Origin: an uncultured bacterium
GTDB lineage: Bacteria > Krumholzibacteriota > Krumholzibacteriia > JACNKJ01
Direction of reading: 5' to 3'
Length of the DNA stretch: 64,000 nt
NCBI GenBank assembly: GCA_963695095.1
Contig: CAVOFT010000001.1
Coordinates: forward strand, 3,072,001 to 3,136,000
Within the stretch, counting starts at the first letter, position 1, and every line of letters begins with the position of its first letter. A model generated the notes under the pieces. It was not told where the DNA came from. It did not search any database and saw only the letters and a list, made by a program, of their open reading frames with translations. The translations under genes and the position numbers were made by a program. Positions 53,955-63,101 of the stretch are shown here, piece after piece.

Positions 53955-53988
53955 GCTGTTCTCCGTTCTGATTCTCGGCCCCTACGGT

Positions 53989-54054
53989 GGTATACCATAT
54001 GTCCATGAATTGTACAGTAAATAGCTTGACAGAGCAATGGATGTACGGTACATT
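53989..54054. promoter_or_regulatory. divergent promoter region with CarH/LitR-like 11-bp direct repeats
   Basis: Minus strand TGTACA-N5-TGGACA-N5-TATACC; plus strand TTGACA-17bp-TACATT promoter for the DUF378 gene. Confidence 0.55.
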
Positions 54055-54089
54055 CCAGGTCTCAACCTCAGCCGTTCAAGGAGACCACC

Positions 54090-54305
54090 ATGAAGACTCT
54101 CGATGTCCTCGGCCTGATCCTCATCATCGTGGGTGGCCTGAACTGGGGCCTCGTCGGCCTGGCCAAGTTCGATCTCGTCGCGGCCCTCTTCGGCGGCCCA
54201 GAGGCGGCCCTGGCGCGCGCGGTCTACATCCTTGTCGGCGTGGCGGCCCTTCTGCGGCTCCTGCGCTGGAAGGCGGTCCCCGCCGTGGCCTCCCAGCGCG
54301 CCTAG
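54090..54305 (+). CDS. DUF378 family small membrane protein
   Basis: LIIVGGLNWGLVGLAKFDLVAALFG...YILVGVA. Confidence 0.9.
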   Translation: MKTLDVLGLILIIVGGLNWGLVGLAKFDLVAALFGGPEAALARAVYILVGVAALLRLLRWKAVPAVASQRA

Positions 54306-54314
54306 CCCCGATCA

Positions 54315-54342
54315 GCGCCGCCAGGCGGAAGCCTGGCGGCGC
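54315..54342 (+). terminator. stem-loop after the DUF378 gene
   Basis: GCGCCGCCAGGC-GGAA-GCCTGGCGGCGC. Confidence 0.6.
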
Positions 54343-54440
54343 CCCGCGCTCCGAGATCTCGGCGCAAATGGGCTTGAGTGGAAGCCCGCCCTGTGTTGTA
54401 ATTACTGGCCATCCAATAACTTCCAGATTCGGAAGGCATC

Positions 54441-54932
54441 GTGGCCAGCAACGGACGCAGTCAGGATCCCCTACTCATCGGCTGTCGGGAGCTGGTCGCC
54501 ATTCCCGATTGGGGCATCGCCGCCATTGAGGCCAAGATCGACACCGGCGCCCGCAGCAGCGCCATCGATGTATCCGCCATCGAGGAGCTGCCCGGGGACC
54601 GCGTCCGCTTTCAGGTGGCCCTGGACCGACAGCGGGAGGCCCTCAGCCGCAGCATCGAGACCGAGATCTGCCGGCGAGTGAAGATTCGCTCCAGCTTCGG
54701 CCACGCCAGAGATCGCCTGCTGGTGAAGGTGCGGATCCGCATCGGCGATCACGAGAAGGAGATCGAGGTGGGCCTCGTCCCCCGCCAGCGCATGCGCTCG
54801 CGAATGCTCCTCGGCCGCCTGGCCCTCGCGGAAGACTTCCTCGTCGACCCCAGTCGCCCTTACCATATTGCCAAGCCCCCCCGGCGGGCGCGCGCCCGCA
54901 AGCGCGCGGCGTCCGCCAAGGATGAGCCATGA
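54441..54932 (+). CDS. RimK-associated retropepsin-like protease (RimB / 'ATP-dependent zinc protease' family)
   Basis: IGCRE, AKIDTGARSSAI, RMLLGR. Confidence 0.88.
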   Translation: MASNGRSQDPLLIGCRELVAIPDWGIAAIEAKIDTGARSSAIDVSAIEELPGDRVRFQVALDRQREALSRSIETEICRRVKIRSSFGHARDRLLVKVRIRIGDHEKEIEVGLVPRQRMRSRMLLGRLALAEDFLVDPSRPYHIAKPPRRARARKRAASAKDEP

Positions 54933-56098
54933 ACATTGCGATACTTTCGCGCGCTCCGCGCTGCTACAGCACACGCCGTCTGCGCGAGGTGGCCCAGGCC
55001 CGCGGGCACGCCGTGCGGGTCTTCGACACCTTACGCTTCTCCATCTTCGTCGAAGCCGAGAAGCCGCGCCTGTTCTACAACCGCCGCCCCCTTGCCCACT
55101 ACGATGCGGTGATCCCCCGCATCGGCGCCTCGATCACCTTCTTCGGCAACGCGGTCGTCCGCCAGTTCGAGCAGATGGGGGTCTTCACCCTGACCTCCGC
55201 CACCGGTATCGCCATGTCGCGCGACAAGCTGCGCGCGATGCAGATCCTCAGCCGCCACGACATCGGCATTCCACCCTCCGCCTTCGCGCGGGACCGCGGC
55301 GACGTCATGGACGCCATTGCCAGGGTCGGCGGCGCGCCGGTCATCGTCAAGCTGCTGGAGGGAACGCAGGGCATCGGCGTCGTGCTGGCGGATACGGAAT
55401 CCCTCGCCGAGGCGATCGTCCACATGCTGCAGGTGAGCAAGCAGAACGTGCTGATCCAGAAGTTCGTCGCCGAGAGCAAGGGCAAGGACATCCGCGCCAT
55501 CGTGGCGGGCGGTCGCGTCGTGGCGGCCATGCGCCGCCGCGCCCAGGGGCAGGAGTTCCGTAGCAACATCCACCGCGGCGCCAAGGCGGAGGCGGTGGAG
55601 CTGGACGAGGACTACGAGCGCACCGCGGTGAAGGCGGCCCGCATCCTCGGCCTGCGCGTGGCCGGCGTCGATATCCTGGAGGGCGCCGACGGCCCGCAGG
55701 TGCTGGAGGTCAATTCCTCGCCCGGACTCGAAGGCATCGAGCAGGCGACCGGGGTCGACGTGGCCGGGGCCATCATCGAGCACCTCGAGGAGCAGACGCA
55801 GCTGCCCGAGATCGACCTGCGCCAGCAACTCTCCCTCGGCCAGGGCTACTCCGTGGCCGAACTGCCGATCACCGCCGACTCGACGCTCGCCAACAAGACC
55901 CTGCGCGAGATGCACCTGACCGACCTCGAAGTGCTCGTGCTCTCGATTCGCCGGTCCGGACTGATGCTGCCCGCCCCGCGGGGCGCCACGACGATCCTGC
56001 CCGGCGACATCCTCGTCTGCTACGGAAAGCGCCAGGTCATGAAGGAGCTGCTGCCGCCGCCGGCCGCGCAGCGCGGCCGGCGCGAAGGGCGGGCATGA
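54929..56098 (+). CDS. rimK: RimK family alpha-L-glutamate ligase with C-terminal TrkA-C (RCK_C) domain
   Basis: YSTRRL, IPRIGASIT, LEGTQGIGV, FRSNIHRG, EVNSSPGLEGIE; C-terminal LANKTL..VLSIRR..ILPGDILV. Confidence 0.92.
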   Translation: MNIAILSRAPRCYSTRRLREVAQARGHAVRVFDTLRFSIFVEAEKPRLFYNRRPLAHYDAVIPRIGASITFFGNAVVRQFEQMGVFTLTSATGIAMSRDKLRAMQILSRHDIGIPPSAFARDRGDVMDAIARVGGAPVIVKLLEGTQGIGVVLADTESLAEAIVHMLQVSKQNVLIQKFVAESKGKDIRAIVAGGRVVAAMRRRAQGQEFRSNIHRGAKAEAVELDEDYERTAVKAARILGLRVAGVDILEGADGPQVLEVNSSPGLEGIEQATGVDVAGAIIEHLEEQTQLPEIDLRQQLSLGQGYSVAELPITADSTLANKTLREMHLTDLEVLVLSIRRSGLMLPAPRGATTILPGDILVCYGKRQVMKELLPPPAAQRGRREGRA

Positions 56099-57063
56099 GC
56101 GATCGGCCTGCGTTTCACTTCAGCGGCGAGGCGATCCCGCCTGGCAGCGGCCGCATCTGCGAGCTGCCCGTCGCCCGGATTCCCACCGACCCCTGGACTT
56201 GGCTCACCTTGCGCGCGATGGTGCTCCACGGACACGCGCCCGGGCGCACGGTTTGGGTCAGCGCGGCCGTGCACGGCGACGAGCTGAACGGCGTGGAGAT
56301 CATCCGCCGGCTGCTGGGAACGCTCGCGCCCAAGGAGCTGGCGGGCACGCTGATCGCCGTTCCTTTCGTCAACATCTTCGGCGCCTTGAGCGGCTCGCGC
56401 TACCTGCCCGATCGGCGCGACCTCAACCGCAGCTTTCCGGGCTCGGCCACGGGTTCCCTGGCGGCGCGCCTGGCCCACATCTTCATCAGCGAGATCGTCG
56501 GCCGCTGCGACTTCGGCATCGACCTGCACACCGCCGCGGAGCCGCGCATCAACCTGCCTCAGATCCGCGCCGATCTGGAGGAGCCGGAAACCCGCCGCTG
56601 CGCGGTCGCCTTCGCCGCGCCCGCGATGCTCAACGGCAAAGCGCCTGCCGGCTCCCTGCGCGCCGCCGCGACGCGGCGGGGCATCCACACCCTGCTCTTC
56701 GAGGGCGGCAGCAGCATGCGCTTCGAGGCGGAGGTCATCGCGGCGGGCGAGAGCGGGATCCGGCGCGTCCTGGCGGCGCTGGGCATGCTGCCCCCATCGG
56801 CTTCGCCTCCGGCCGCGCCCTCCCGCGAACTGCACCGCAGCCACTGGTTGCGCGCCCGGCGCAGCGGGCTCTTCCAGACCGGCACGCGCCTGGGCGCCGA
56901 GGTGGCCAAGGGCGAGACGCTGGGCACGATCAGCGATCCCTTCGGCGTCGCCACGCTGCCCCTGCGGGCGCGCGAGGCGGGCATCGTCATCGGACTGACG
57001 ATGAACCCGCTGGTCGGGCAGGGCGATGCCCTCGTGCACATGGCGGCGCCGGTCGCAGGCTGA
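56095..57063 (+). CDS. succinylglutamate desuccinylase/aspartoacylase (M14) family peptidase
   Basis: HGDELNG, DLNRSFPG, IDLHT, FEGG. Confidence 0.9.
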   Translation: MSDRPAFHFSGEAIPPGSGRICELPVARIPTDPWTWLTLRAMVLHGHAPGRTVWVSAAVHGDELNGVEIIRRLLGTLAPKELAGTLIAVPFVNIFGALSGSRYLPDRRDLNRSFPGSATGSLAARLAHIFISEIVGRCDFGIDLHTAAEPRINLPQIRADLEEPETRRCAVAFAAPAMLNGKAPAGSLRAAATRRGIHTLLFEGGSSMRFEAEVIAAGESGIRRVLAALGMLPPSASPPAAPSRELHRSHWLRARRSGLFQTGTRLGAEVAKGETLGTISDPFGVATLPLRAREAGIVIGLTMNPLVGQGDALVHMAAPVAG

Positions 57064-57190
57064 GCAGGTCTGCTATCGCGGTCGCTCGGCGGCGGGATGG
57101 TCGGCGCATCAACAAGCAAAGGCGCCAGCCCTCCTCGAGCCGGCGCCCTCGCGATGTCGCCTTCCGCGCCGGAAGCGCGGGCTGCCCTGA

Positions 57191-57778
57191 CTAGTACAGG
57201 GTCTTGATCGCACCCCAGGTGGATTCCTCCGCCGGCGTGGTGCAGAGAATGACATTGTCGCTGGTCTCGATCAGGAACTCGCCCAAAGATGTGGCGCCAT
57301 AGCCGCAGATGACCAGCCAGTAGGCCGCGCCCGGGGCTAGCGTCACGGTGGTCGCCGTTCCGATGAAGCTCAGGAGGCCATCACCGTTGTCGTCATCGAC
57401 GGTGACGCAATTCGCCGTCGAGTTCATGGCGTCGAAGGGATCGCAGTACAGGTAGAGGACCGTATCGAACTGGCCGGTAATCGGCGCGGTCCAGATCTGG
57501 ATCGGGTTGGCGTCGGTGGCCTGCACGCAGAACACCTGGTAGTGCGGGTCAGCGGTGTACTCGTAGGTCATGGCCAGATTGCAGTCCAGGCTGACCTGAT
57601 TGTAATCCACGCCGCGCCACCGGTGCCAGGTGGGATCGGCAGTGGTGAGGGTGCCCTGGATCTGGATGCGGCCGGGCCCATCAGCGATGCCGTCGATCTG
57701 GTCGAGCTTGTCCGCATCACCGGCCTGCACGGTCGCTGCCAGGGCCAGCACGAACAGAAGCGTGAGCAGAATTCTCAT
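57191..57778 (-). CDS. hypothetical secreted protein (PPC-like) with C-terminal STWGAIKTLY tail
   Basis: Signal peptide; FDTVLYLY...DDD; own promoter TTGACG-17bp-TAGAAT at 57876-57848. Confidence 0.78.
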   Translation of the reverse strand: MRILLTLLFVLALAATVQAGDADKLDQIDGIADGPGRIQIQGTLTTADPTWHRWRGVDYNQVSLDCNLAMTYEYTADPHYQVFCVQATDANPIQIWTAPITGQFDTVLYLYCDPFDAMNSTANCVTVDDDNGDGLLSFIGTATTVTLAPGAAYWLVICGYGATSLGEFLIETSDNVILCTTPAEESTWGAIKTLY

Positions 57779-57986
57779 CGTAGAACCTCTCTTGATTGGA
57801 GGCAAATCAAGGAACTCCATGGAATCACGGAATCACCTAGCCTAATAATTCTACCCTACACAACCTGATCCGTCAATGCGAGGGCCCGGAGCTTCCAGCC
57901 TGGTCAAGTCCATGACGATTGGGCCTTTCCAATATAGCAAGCCCACTCTGAGTACGTCGGGAAGCCTTTGCCTGGCCAGGAGCTGG

Positions 57987-58023
57987 AAAAAAACAACTGG
58001 CCCCTCGCCGTGCGGCGAGGGGC
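57987..58023 (-). terminator. intrinsic terminator after tRNA-Asn
   Basis: GCCCCTCGCC-GCAC-GGCGAGGGGC followed by a T-rich tract on the minus strand. Confidence 0.7.
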
Positions 58024-58043
58024 TCTTCATTGCTCACCCTGGG

Positions 58044-58116
58044 CTCCCCGGGTAGGACTTGAACCTACAACCCTGCGGTTAACAGCCGCATGCTCTGCCA
58101 ATTGAGCTACCGAGGA
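58044..58116 (-). tRNA. tRNA-Asn(GTT)
   Basis: TCCTCGGTAGCTCAATTGGCAGAGCATGCGGCTGTTAACCGCAGGGTTGTAGGTTCAAGTCCTACCCGGGGAG folds into a cloverleaf with anticodon GTT. Confidence 0.96.
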
Positions 58117-58132
58117 ATGCTCTCCCGCGGGC

Positions 58133-58609
58133 CTAGCCGGCGCGCGGCGGCTCCGCGGCGCGGGGCAGGCTCCGCTTCTTGGGCTTCTCCGCAGCCGGGG
58201 CCTTCTCGGCTTCTTTGCCCTTGGCCCCCTTCTTGGCCTTCTTCTTCTTCAGCTCCGCGCCGACGAGCTCCAGATAGGCGATATCCCCGTCGTCCCCCTT
58301 GCGAATGCCACCCTTTATAATGCGGGTGTAGCCCCCCGGCCGCTCCGCGTAGCGCGGCCCCAGCTCGGCGAAGAGCTTCTGGAGCACCTGCGGCTCCATC
58401 AGGAAGCGCGCCACCTGGCGGCGCGCCGCCAGGTCCCCGCGCTTCGCGAAGGTGATCATCCGCTCGGCGTAGCGCCGCGCTTCGCGCGCCTTGGGCAGGG
58501 TGGTCTCGATGCGCTCGTGGGCGAACAGGCTGGTTACCATGTTGCGCAACATGGCCCGTGCCTGCGCGGTGGGCCGATTCAGGCGGTTGCCTCTGACTTG
58601 ATGTCGCAT
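58133..58609 (-). CDS. rplQ: 50S ribosomal protein L17
   Basis: MRHQ..GNRLNR, IETTLPKARE, RPGGYTRI. Confidence 0.97.
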   Translation of the reverse strand: MRHQVRGNRLNRPTAQARAMLRNMVTSLFAHERIETTLPKAREARRYAERMITFAKRGDLAARRQVARFLMEPQVLQKLFAELGPRYAERPGGYTRIIKGGIRKGDDGDIAYLELVGAELKKKKAKKGAKGKEAEKAPAAEKPKKRSLPRAAEPPRAG

Positions 58610-58646
58610 GACGTGTTCCTCGCTAGACTAGGCGTAGCGGTCCAGG

Positions 58647-59657
58647 CTAGGCCTGGGCCTTCTCCTTCTCGACACCCGCGGTCATTCCCACGAGCAAGCT
58701 GCTGACATCCATCCCCCAGTGCAAACCCATGCCCTCGAGGATTTCACTGATCTCCTTCAAGCTCTTGCGCCCGAAGTTGCGGTACTGGAGCATTTCGCTC
58801 TCGCTCTTGACCACCAGCTGGCCGATGGTCTTGATGTCCGCCGCTTTCAGGCAGTTCGCGCTGCGCACGCTGAGCTCCAGTTCCTCGACATTGCGCGCGA
58901 GCAGTTCACGCATGCGCTCCAGTTCCTCATCGACTTCTTCCTCGGCAACCGCCATCGGCTCCTCATCGAAGTTGATGAAGAGGTAGAGGTGGTCCTTGAC
59001 GATCTTCGCGGCGAAGCCGAGGGCCTCCTCGGGCGAGATGGCGCCGTTCGTCTCGATCTCCAAGATGAGGCGATCGTAATCCGTGCGCTGGCCGACGCGG
59101 GTATCCTCGATGCGGTAGTTGACCTTGCGTACCGGACAGAAGATGGCGTCCACCGGCACCACCCCGATCGAGACGTCCGAGAGCTCGTGGTTCTCCGCGA
59201 GCACAAAACCGCGGCCGTCGCTGACCAGCAGCTCGGCGCGCAGGTGGGCGCCCTCGTTCAGGTGGCAGAGCACGAAATCCGGGTTGACGACCTCCACCGC
59301 GGAATCCTCGGTGATGTCGCGCGCCGTCACCGGGCCTGGCCGGTTGATGTCGAGGTAGAGCTTGTGCGAAGTATCGCTGTGCAGCCGACAGACGAGCTGC
59401 TTCAGATTGATCACGATATCGCTGACATCTTCCATGACGCCGGGGATGTTGGTGAACTCGTGCAGGGCATCTTCGAACTTCACCGCCACCACAGCCGCGC
59501 CCTGCAGGCTGCTGAGCAGGGTGCGCCGCAGGGCATTGCCGAGCGTGAGGCCGAAGCCCCGCTCGAGCGGCTCGACGGTGAAGCGGGTGAAGTAGGGAGT
59601 CTCCCCGGACTTCTGGATCTCCACCTGCTTCGGCATGAGCACGTTCTTCCACTTCAT
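58647..59657 (-). CDS. rpoA: RNA polymerase alpha subunit
   Basis: EPLERGFGLTLGNALRR, ELSVRSANCL, NFGRKSL. Confidence 0.98.
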   Translation of the reverse strand: MKWKNVLMPKQVEIQKSGETPYFTRFTVEPLERGFGLTLGNALRRTLLSSLQGAAVVAVKFEDALHEFTNIPGVMEDVSDIVINLKQLVCRLHSDTSHKLYLDINRPGPVTARDITEDSAVEVVNPDFVLCHLNEGAHLRAELLVSDGRGFVLAENHELSDVSIGVVPVDAIFCPVRKVNYRIEDTRVGQRTDYDRLILEIETNGAISPEEALGFAAKIVKDHLYLFINFDEEPMAVAEEEVDEELERMRELLARNVEELELSVRSANCLKAADIKTIGQLVVKSESEMLQYRNFGRKSLKEISEILEGMGLHWGMDVSSLLVGMTAGVEKEKAQA

Positions 59658-59714
59658 GTGGAAAGCCTCCTTCTCGCGCGGTGGCAAAGGCGTTTTCGCT
59701 CGCGGCGGGCTCGA

Positions 59715-60326
59715 CTACTTGGAGTAGAGCTCGACGATCAACTGCTCCTGAACGTTCACGGGCATGTCCCCGCGCTCGGGCTCATTGAGATACGTGCCTT
59801 CGAACGCCGTCTCGTTGAAGCTGACGTAGGGCACTCGGCCCCGCGCCGCCCGCTTCTTGATGGACTCCAAGATGAATGGATTGCTGCGGCTCTTTTCCCG
59901 CAGCCCGACACGGTCGCCAGGCTTCAGTTCGTAGCTGGGAATGTCGACCGACTTGTCGTTGACCAGGAAATGACCGTGGTTGACGAACTGCCGCGCCTGC
60001 GGCCTGGTCGCCGCAAATCCGGCCCGAAAGACGAAATTGTCCAGCCGCGCCTCCAGCATCTTGAGCAGATTGGTGCCCGTGACGCCCTGACGCCGCGCCG
60101 CTTCCTTGAAGTAGCGACGGAATTGGCGCTCGAGCACGCCGTACATGTACTTGACCTTCTGCTTCTCGACGAGCTGTAGCCCATACTCGGACGTCTTGCG
60201 CCGGCGATTGCGCCCGTGCTGTCCGGGCGGATAGGGCCGCTTGTCTAGCGGATTCTTGTCCGTCTCGAAGATGTTCTCACCGAAGCGTCGACTGATCTTG
60301 TGCTTCGGACCACGATAGCGCGCCAT
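59715..60326 (-). CDS. rpsD: 30S ribosomal protein S4
   Basis: MARYRGP, PGQHG, LEARLDN, LIVELYSK. Confidence 0.98.
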   Translation of the reverse strand: MARYRGPKHKISRRFGENIFETDKNPLDKRPYPPGQHGRNRRRKTSEYGLQLVEKQKVKYMYGVLERQFRRYFKEAARRQGVTGTNLLKMLEARLDNFVFRAGFAATRPQARQFVNHGHFLVNDKSVDIPSYELKPGDRVGLREKSRSNPFILESIKKRAARGRVPYVSFNETAFEGTYLNEPERGDMPVNVQEQLIVELYSK

Positions 60327-60380
60327 GCGCTCGACCTCCTCTAATGCTCGGCCCCCCGCGGGGCGACCTACCCGCGTTCG

Positions 60381-60779
60381 TTACATGCGGCGCCGCTTCT
60401 TGGGCCGGCAACCGTTATGGGGCATGCTCGTCTTGTCTTTGACGCCGCTCACTTCCACGCCGGTGGCGTGGATGGAGCGGATCGCCGCCTCGCGCCCGGG
60501 GCCGGGGCCCTTGAGGTGGATCTCGCAGCGCTTGAGACCCATGTTCATCGCGTCGCGCACGCAGCGGTCCGCCGCGAGCTGCGCGGCAAAAGGCGTGCTC
60601 TTGCGGCTGCCCTTGAAGCCCGAGGTGCCTGCGCTCGCCCAGGTGAAGACGTCGCCGGCCAGGCTGGTGGCGGTGACGATCGTGTTGTTGAAGCTGGACT
60701 TGATGTGGATGACACCCAGCGAGTCCATCCTGCGAGTCTTCTTGCGGCCGCTCTTGGCGCGGGCCTGAGGCGTAGCCAT
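60381..60779 (-). CDS. rpsK: 30S ribosomal protein S11
   Basis: SFNNTI, GFKGSRKSTPFAA, PHNGCRP. Confidence 0.98.
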   Translation of the reverse strand: MATPQARAKSGRKKTRRMDSLGVIHIKSSFNNTIVTATSLAGDVFTWASAGTSGFKGSRKSTPFAAQLAADRCVRDAMNMGLKRCEIHLKGPGPGREAAIRSIHATGVEVSGVKDKTSMPHNGCRPKKRRRM

Positions 60780-60875
60780 TGTGATTCCTCCTCAGAATCT
60801 ACGGACAGGTCCCCTCGCGGGGGCCCTCAACCCTGCCGGGAGCGCGGCATCGGCGCCGTCCGCTCCTGTGGTAAA

Positions 60876-61253
60876 CTAGCGTGTGCGCTTCTTCGCGCCC
60901 GGACGCGCCTTCGGGCCCTTGCGGGTGCGCGCGTTCGTCTTCGTGCGCTGGCCATGAACGGGCAACCCCCGCCGATGCCGCAGACCCCGGTAGCAGCCGA
61001 TGTCCATGAGGCGTTTGATGTTCATGGAGATCTCGGTGCGCAGGGTACCTTCGGTCCTGTACTCGGGCTTGTTCAGCTCGTCGCGCAGCATCGCCGACTG
61101 CTCCTCCGTGAGGTTCTTCACGCGGAGGTCGTGGCTAATGCCGGTCTGCGCCAGCACCTTCTCGCTCGTGCGGCGCCCTACACCGTAGATGTAGGTGAGG
61201 CCGACGACGATCCGCTTGTTGGCCGGCAGATCAACGCCTTGGATTCGGGCCAA
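60876..61253 (-). CDS. rpsM: 30S ribosomal protein S13
   Basis: [30 protein letters not shown] start. Confidence 0.98.
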   Translation of the reverse strand: MARIQGVDLPANKRIVVGLTYIYGVGRRTSEKVLAQTGISHDLRVKNLTEEQSAMLRDELNKPEYRTEGTLRTEISMNIKRLMDIGCYRGLRHRRGLPVHGQRTKTNARTRKGPKARPGAKKRTR

Positions 61254-61277
61254 AACAGTTCCTCCTTAACTACCTGA

Positions 61278-61394
61278 CTAACCCTGGCGCTGCTTGTGCC
61301 GGGGATTCTTCTTGCAGATGATGCGCAGCACGCCGCGGCGGCGGATCAACTTGCAGTTCTCACACATGGGCTTGACCGAGGCTCGGACCTTCAT
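61278..61394 (-). CDS. rpmJ: 50S ribosomal protein L36 (not in the ORF track)
   Basis: Hand translation [38 protein letters not shown]. Confidence 0.97.
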   Translation of the reverse strand: MKVRASVKPMCENCKLIRRRGVLRIICKKNPRHKQRQG

Positions 61395-61427
61395 GACCAC
61401 CTCTTTCCCCGCATCGCGCGCGCGACG

Positions 61428-61646
61428 CTACTTGTAGCGGTAAACGATGCGCCCGCGGGTAAGATCGTAGGGCGAGAGTTCCACCGTCACCTTGTCTCCC
61501 GGCAGGATACGAATCAGATGCATGCGCATCTTGCCGGCTACGTGGGCGAGTACCGTGTGATTGTTTTCGAGTTCGACTCGGAACATGGCGTTCGAGAGCG
61601 CCTCGATCACGGTCCCTTCCACCGAAATTGCACCTTGCTTGGCCAA
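61428..61646 (-). CDS. infA: translation initiation factor IF-1
   Basis: [30 protein letters not shown]. Confidence 0.98.
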   Translation of the reverse strand: MAKQGAISVEGTVIEALSNAMFRVELENNHTVLAHVAGKMRMHLIRILPGDKVTVELSPYDLTRGRIVYRYK

Positions 61647-61668
61647 TTCTCCTCCGCGCCTACGGCGC

Positions 61669-62412
61669 CTAGGCGGTGAGAATCACGGGCCCTTGCTCCG
61701 TGACGGCCACCGTGTGCTCAAAATGGGCGGACAACTTGCCGTCCGCAGTAACCACCGTCCACTCATCGGGCAGAGTGCGCACTGCTTCGCGCCCCTCGTT
61801 GACCATCGGCTCGATCGCCAGCACGATGCCCGGCACCAGTTCCGGACCCTGCCCGGCGGGTCCGAAGTTCGGCACCTGGGGCTCCTCGTGCAGCGCCCAG
61901 CCGATGCCGTGACCGACGAGGTCGCGTACGACCGAAAAGCCCTCGCCCTCGACGCAGGCCTGCACGGCATGCGAGATGTCGCTGAGCCGCCGGCCGGGGC
62001 GCGCCTGGGCGATGCCGGCGGCCAGGGAAGCGCGCGTAACTTCCAGCAGCCGCTGCGCCTGCTGGCTGATGCGCCCCACCGGATAGGTCTCGCAGGCGTC
62101 GGCGTAGTAGCCGCCCTTCTCTACCCCGACGTCGATGCTCACCAGATCCCCTTCGGCCAGCACCCGCTCGCCGGGGATGCCATGCACCACCGCCTCATTC
62201 ACGGAGATGCAGGCGTGCCCGGGAAAGCCATTGTAGCCCTTGAAGGCCGCGCGGGCGCCTTCGCCCGCGATGCTCGCGCGCACGAGTTCGTCGAGCTCGG
62301 CAGTGGTAACGCCCGGGCGTACCGCGGCGCCGGCGCTCGTCAGCGCCCGCCGCAAAATGATGCCTGCCGCCCGCATGGCCTCGATATCCGCCTTGCTCTT
62401 GAGTCGGATCAC
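61669..62412 (-). CDS. map: type I methionine aminopeptidase
   Basis: [36 protein letters not shown]. Confidence 0.97.
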   Translation of the reverse strand: MIRLKSKADIEAMRAAGIILRRALTSAGAAVRPGVTTAELDELVRASIAGEGARAAFKGYNGFPGHACISVNEAVVHGIPGERVLAEGDLVSIDVGVEKGGYYADACETYPVGRISQQAQRLLEVTRASLAAGIAQARPGRRLSDISHAVQACVEGEGFSVVRDLVGHGIGWALHEEPQVPNFGPAGQGPELVPGIVLAIEPMVNEGREAVRTLPDEWTVVTADGKLSAHFEHTVAVTEQGPVILTA

Positions 62413-63099
62413 GCTGACTCCCGACTGCCGAAGCGATCACGCAGGATCGAGAAGATGGCGTCCGTCACCCGTGCCATGGGCTGGGCGCCGTCGATCCGCA
62501 CGACCTTGTCGTGACTCTCGTAGAAATCGATCACCGGCCGGGTCTGCTCTTCGTAGACCGCCAGCCGATCGCGGATCGTATCCGCCTTGTCGTCGTCGCG
62601 CTGGTAGAAGTCGCCGCCATCGGGCGCAGCGCCCGACGCCGGGATCTCCCCCGTCGCGTCCGCCAGGGGCAGCAACTCCTCCCGGCTATAGATGCGCCCG
62701 GTGGCGCGATTCACGCGTCTGCCGCTCAGGCGCCGGATCACGTCCTCGGGCTCGACCTGGATCAGCAGCCCCAGATCGACCTCGAGGTCAGCGCTTCGCC
62801 AGCAGCCGCTCCAGTCCCTCGGCCTGGGCGCGTGTGCGCGGGAAGCCGTCAAGGATCCATCCGTCCGCGCAATCCAGCTGCGCCAGGCGCTTGCCGACCA
62901 TGGCGAGCACGATGTCGTCGCCCACCAGCTGCCCGGCGTCCATCACGGCTTTCGCCCGCCGGCCCAGCTCGCTGTCCCCCGCCACTTCCGCCCTCAGGAT
63001 GTCCCCCGTCGAAATGTGCGGGAGTCCGTAGCGCTCCTTGATTCTCACCGCCTGGGTTCCCTTGCCGGAGCCCGGCGCTCCCAGGATGATCAGATGCAC
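62409..63099 (-). CDS. adk: adenylate kinase, single apparent frameshift near 62790
   Basis: [27 protein letters not shown] in one frame; RLSGRR, QRDDD in the next. Confidence 0.93.
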
Positions 63100-63101
63100 G
63101 C

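Noticed and set aside
62780..62800. Programmed frameshift or TGA recoding in adk
   Set aside because: There is no slippery sequence, and removing one base restores the frame (AKR-DLE). The gene is essential and other indels in the window point to sequence error.
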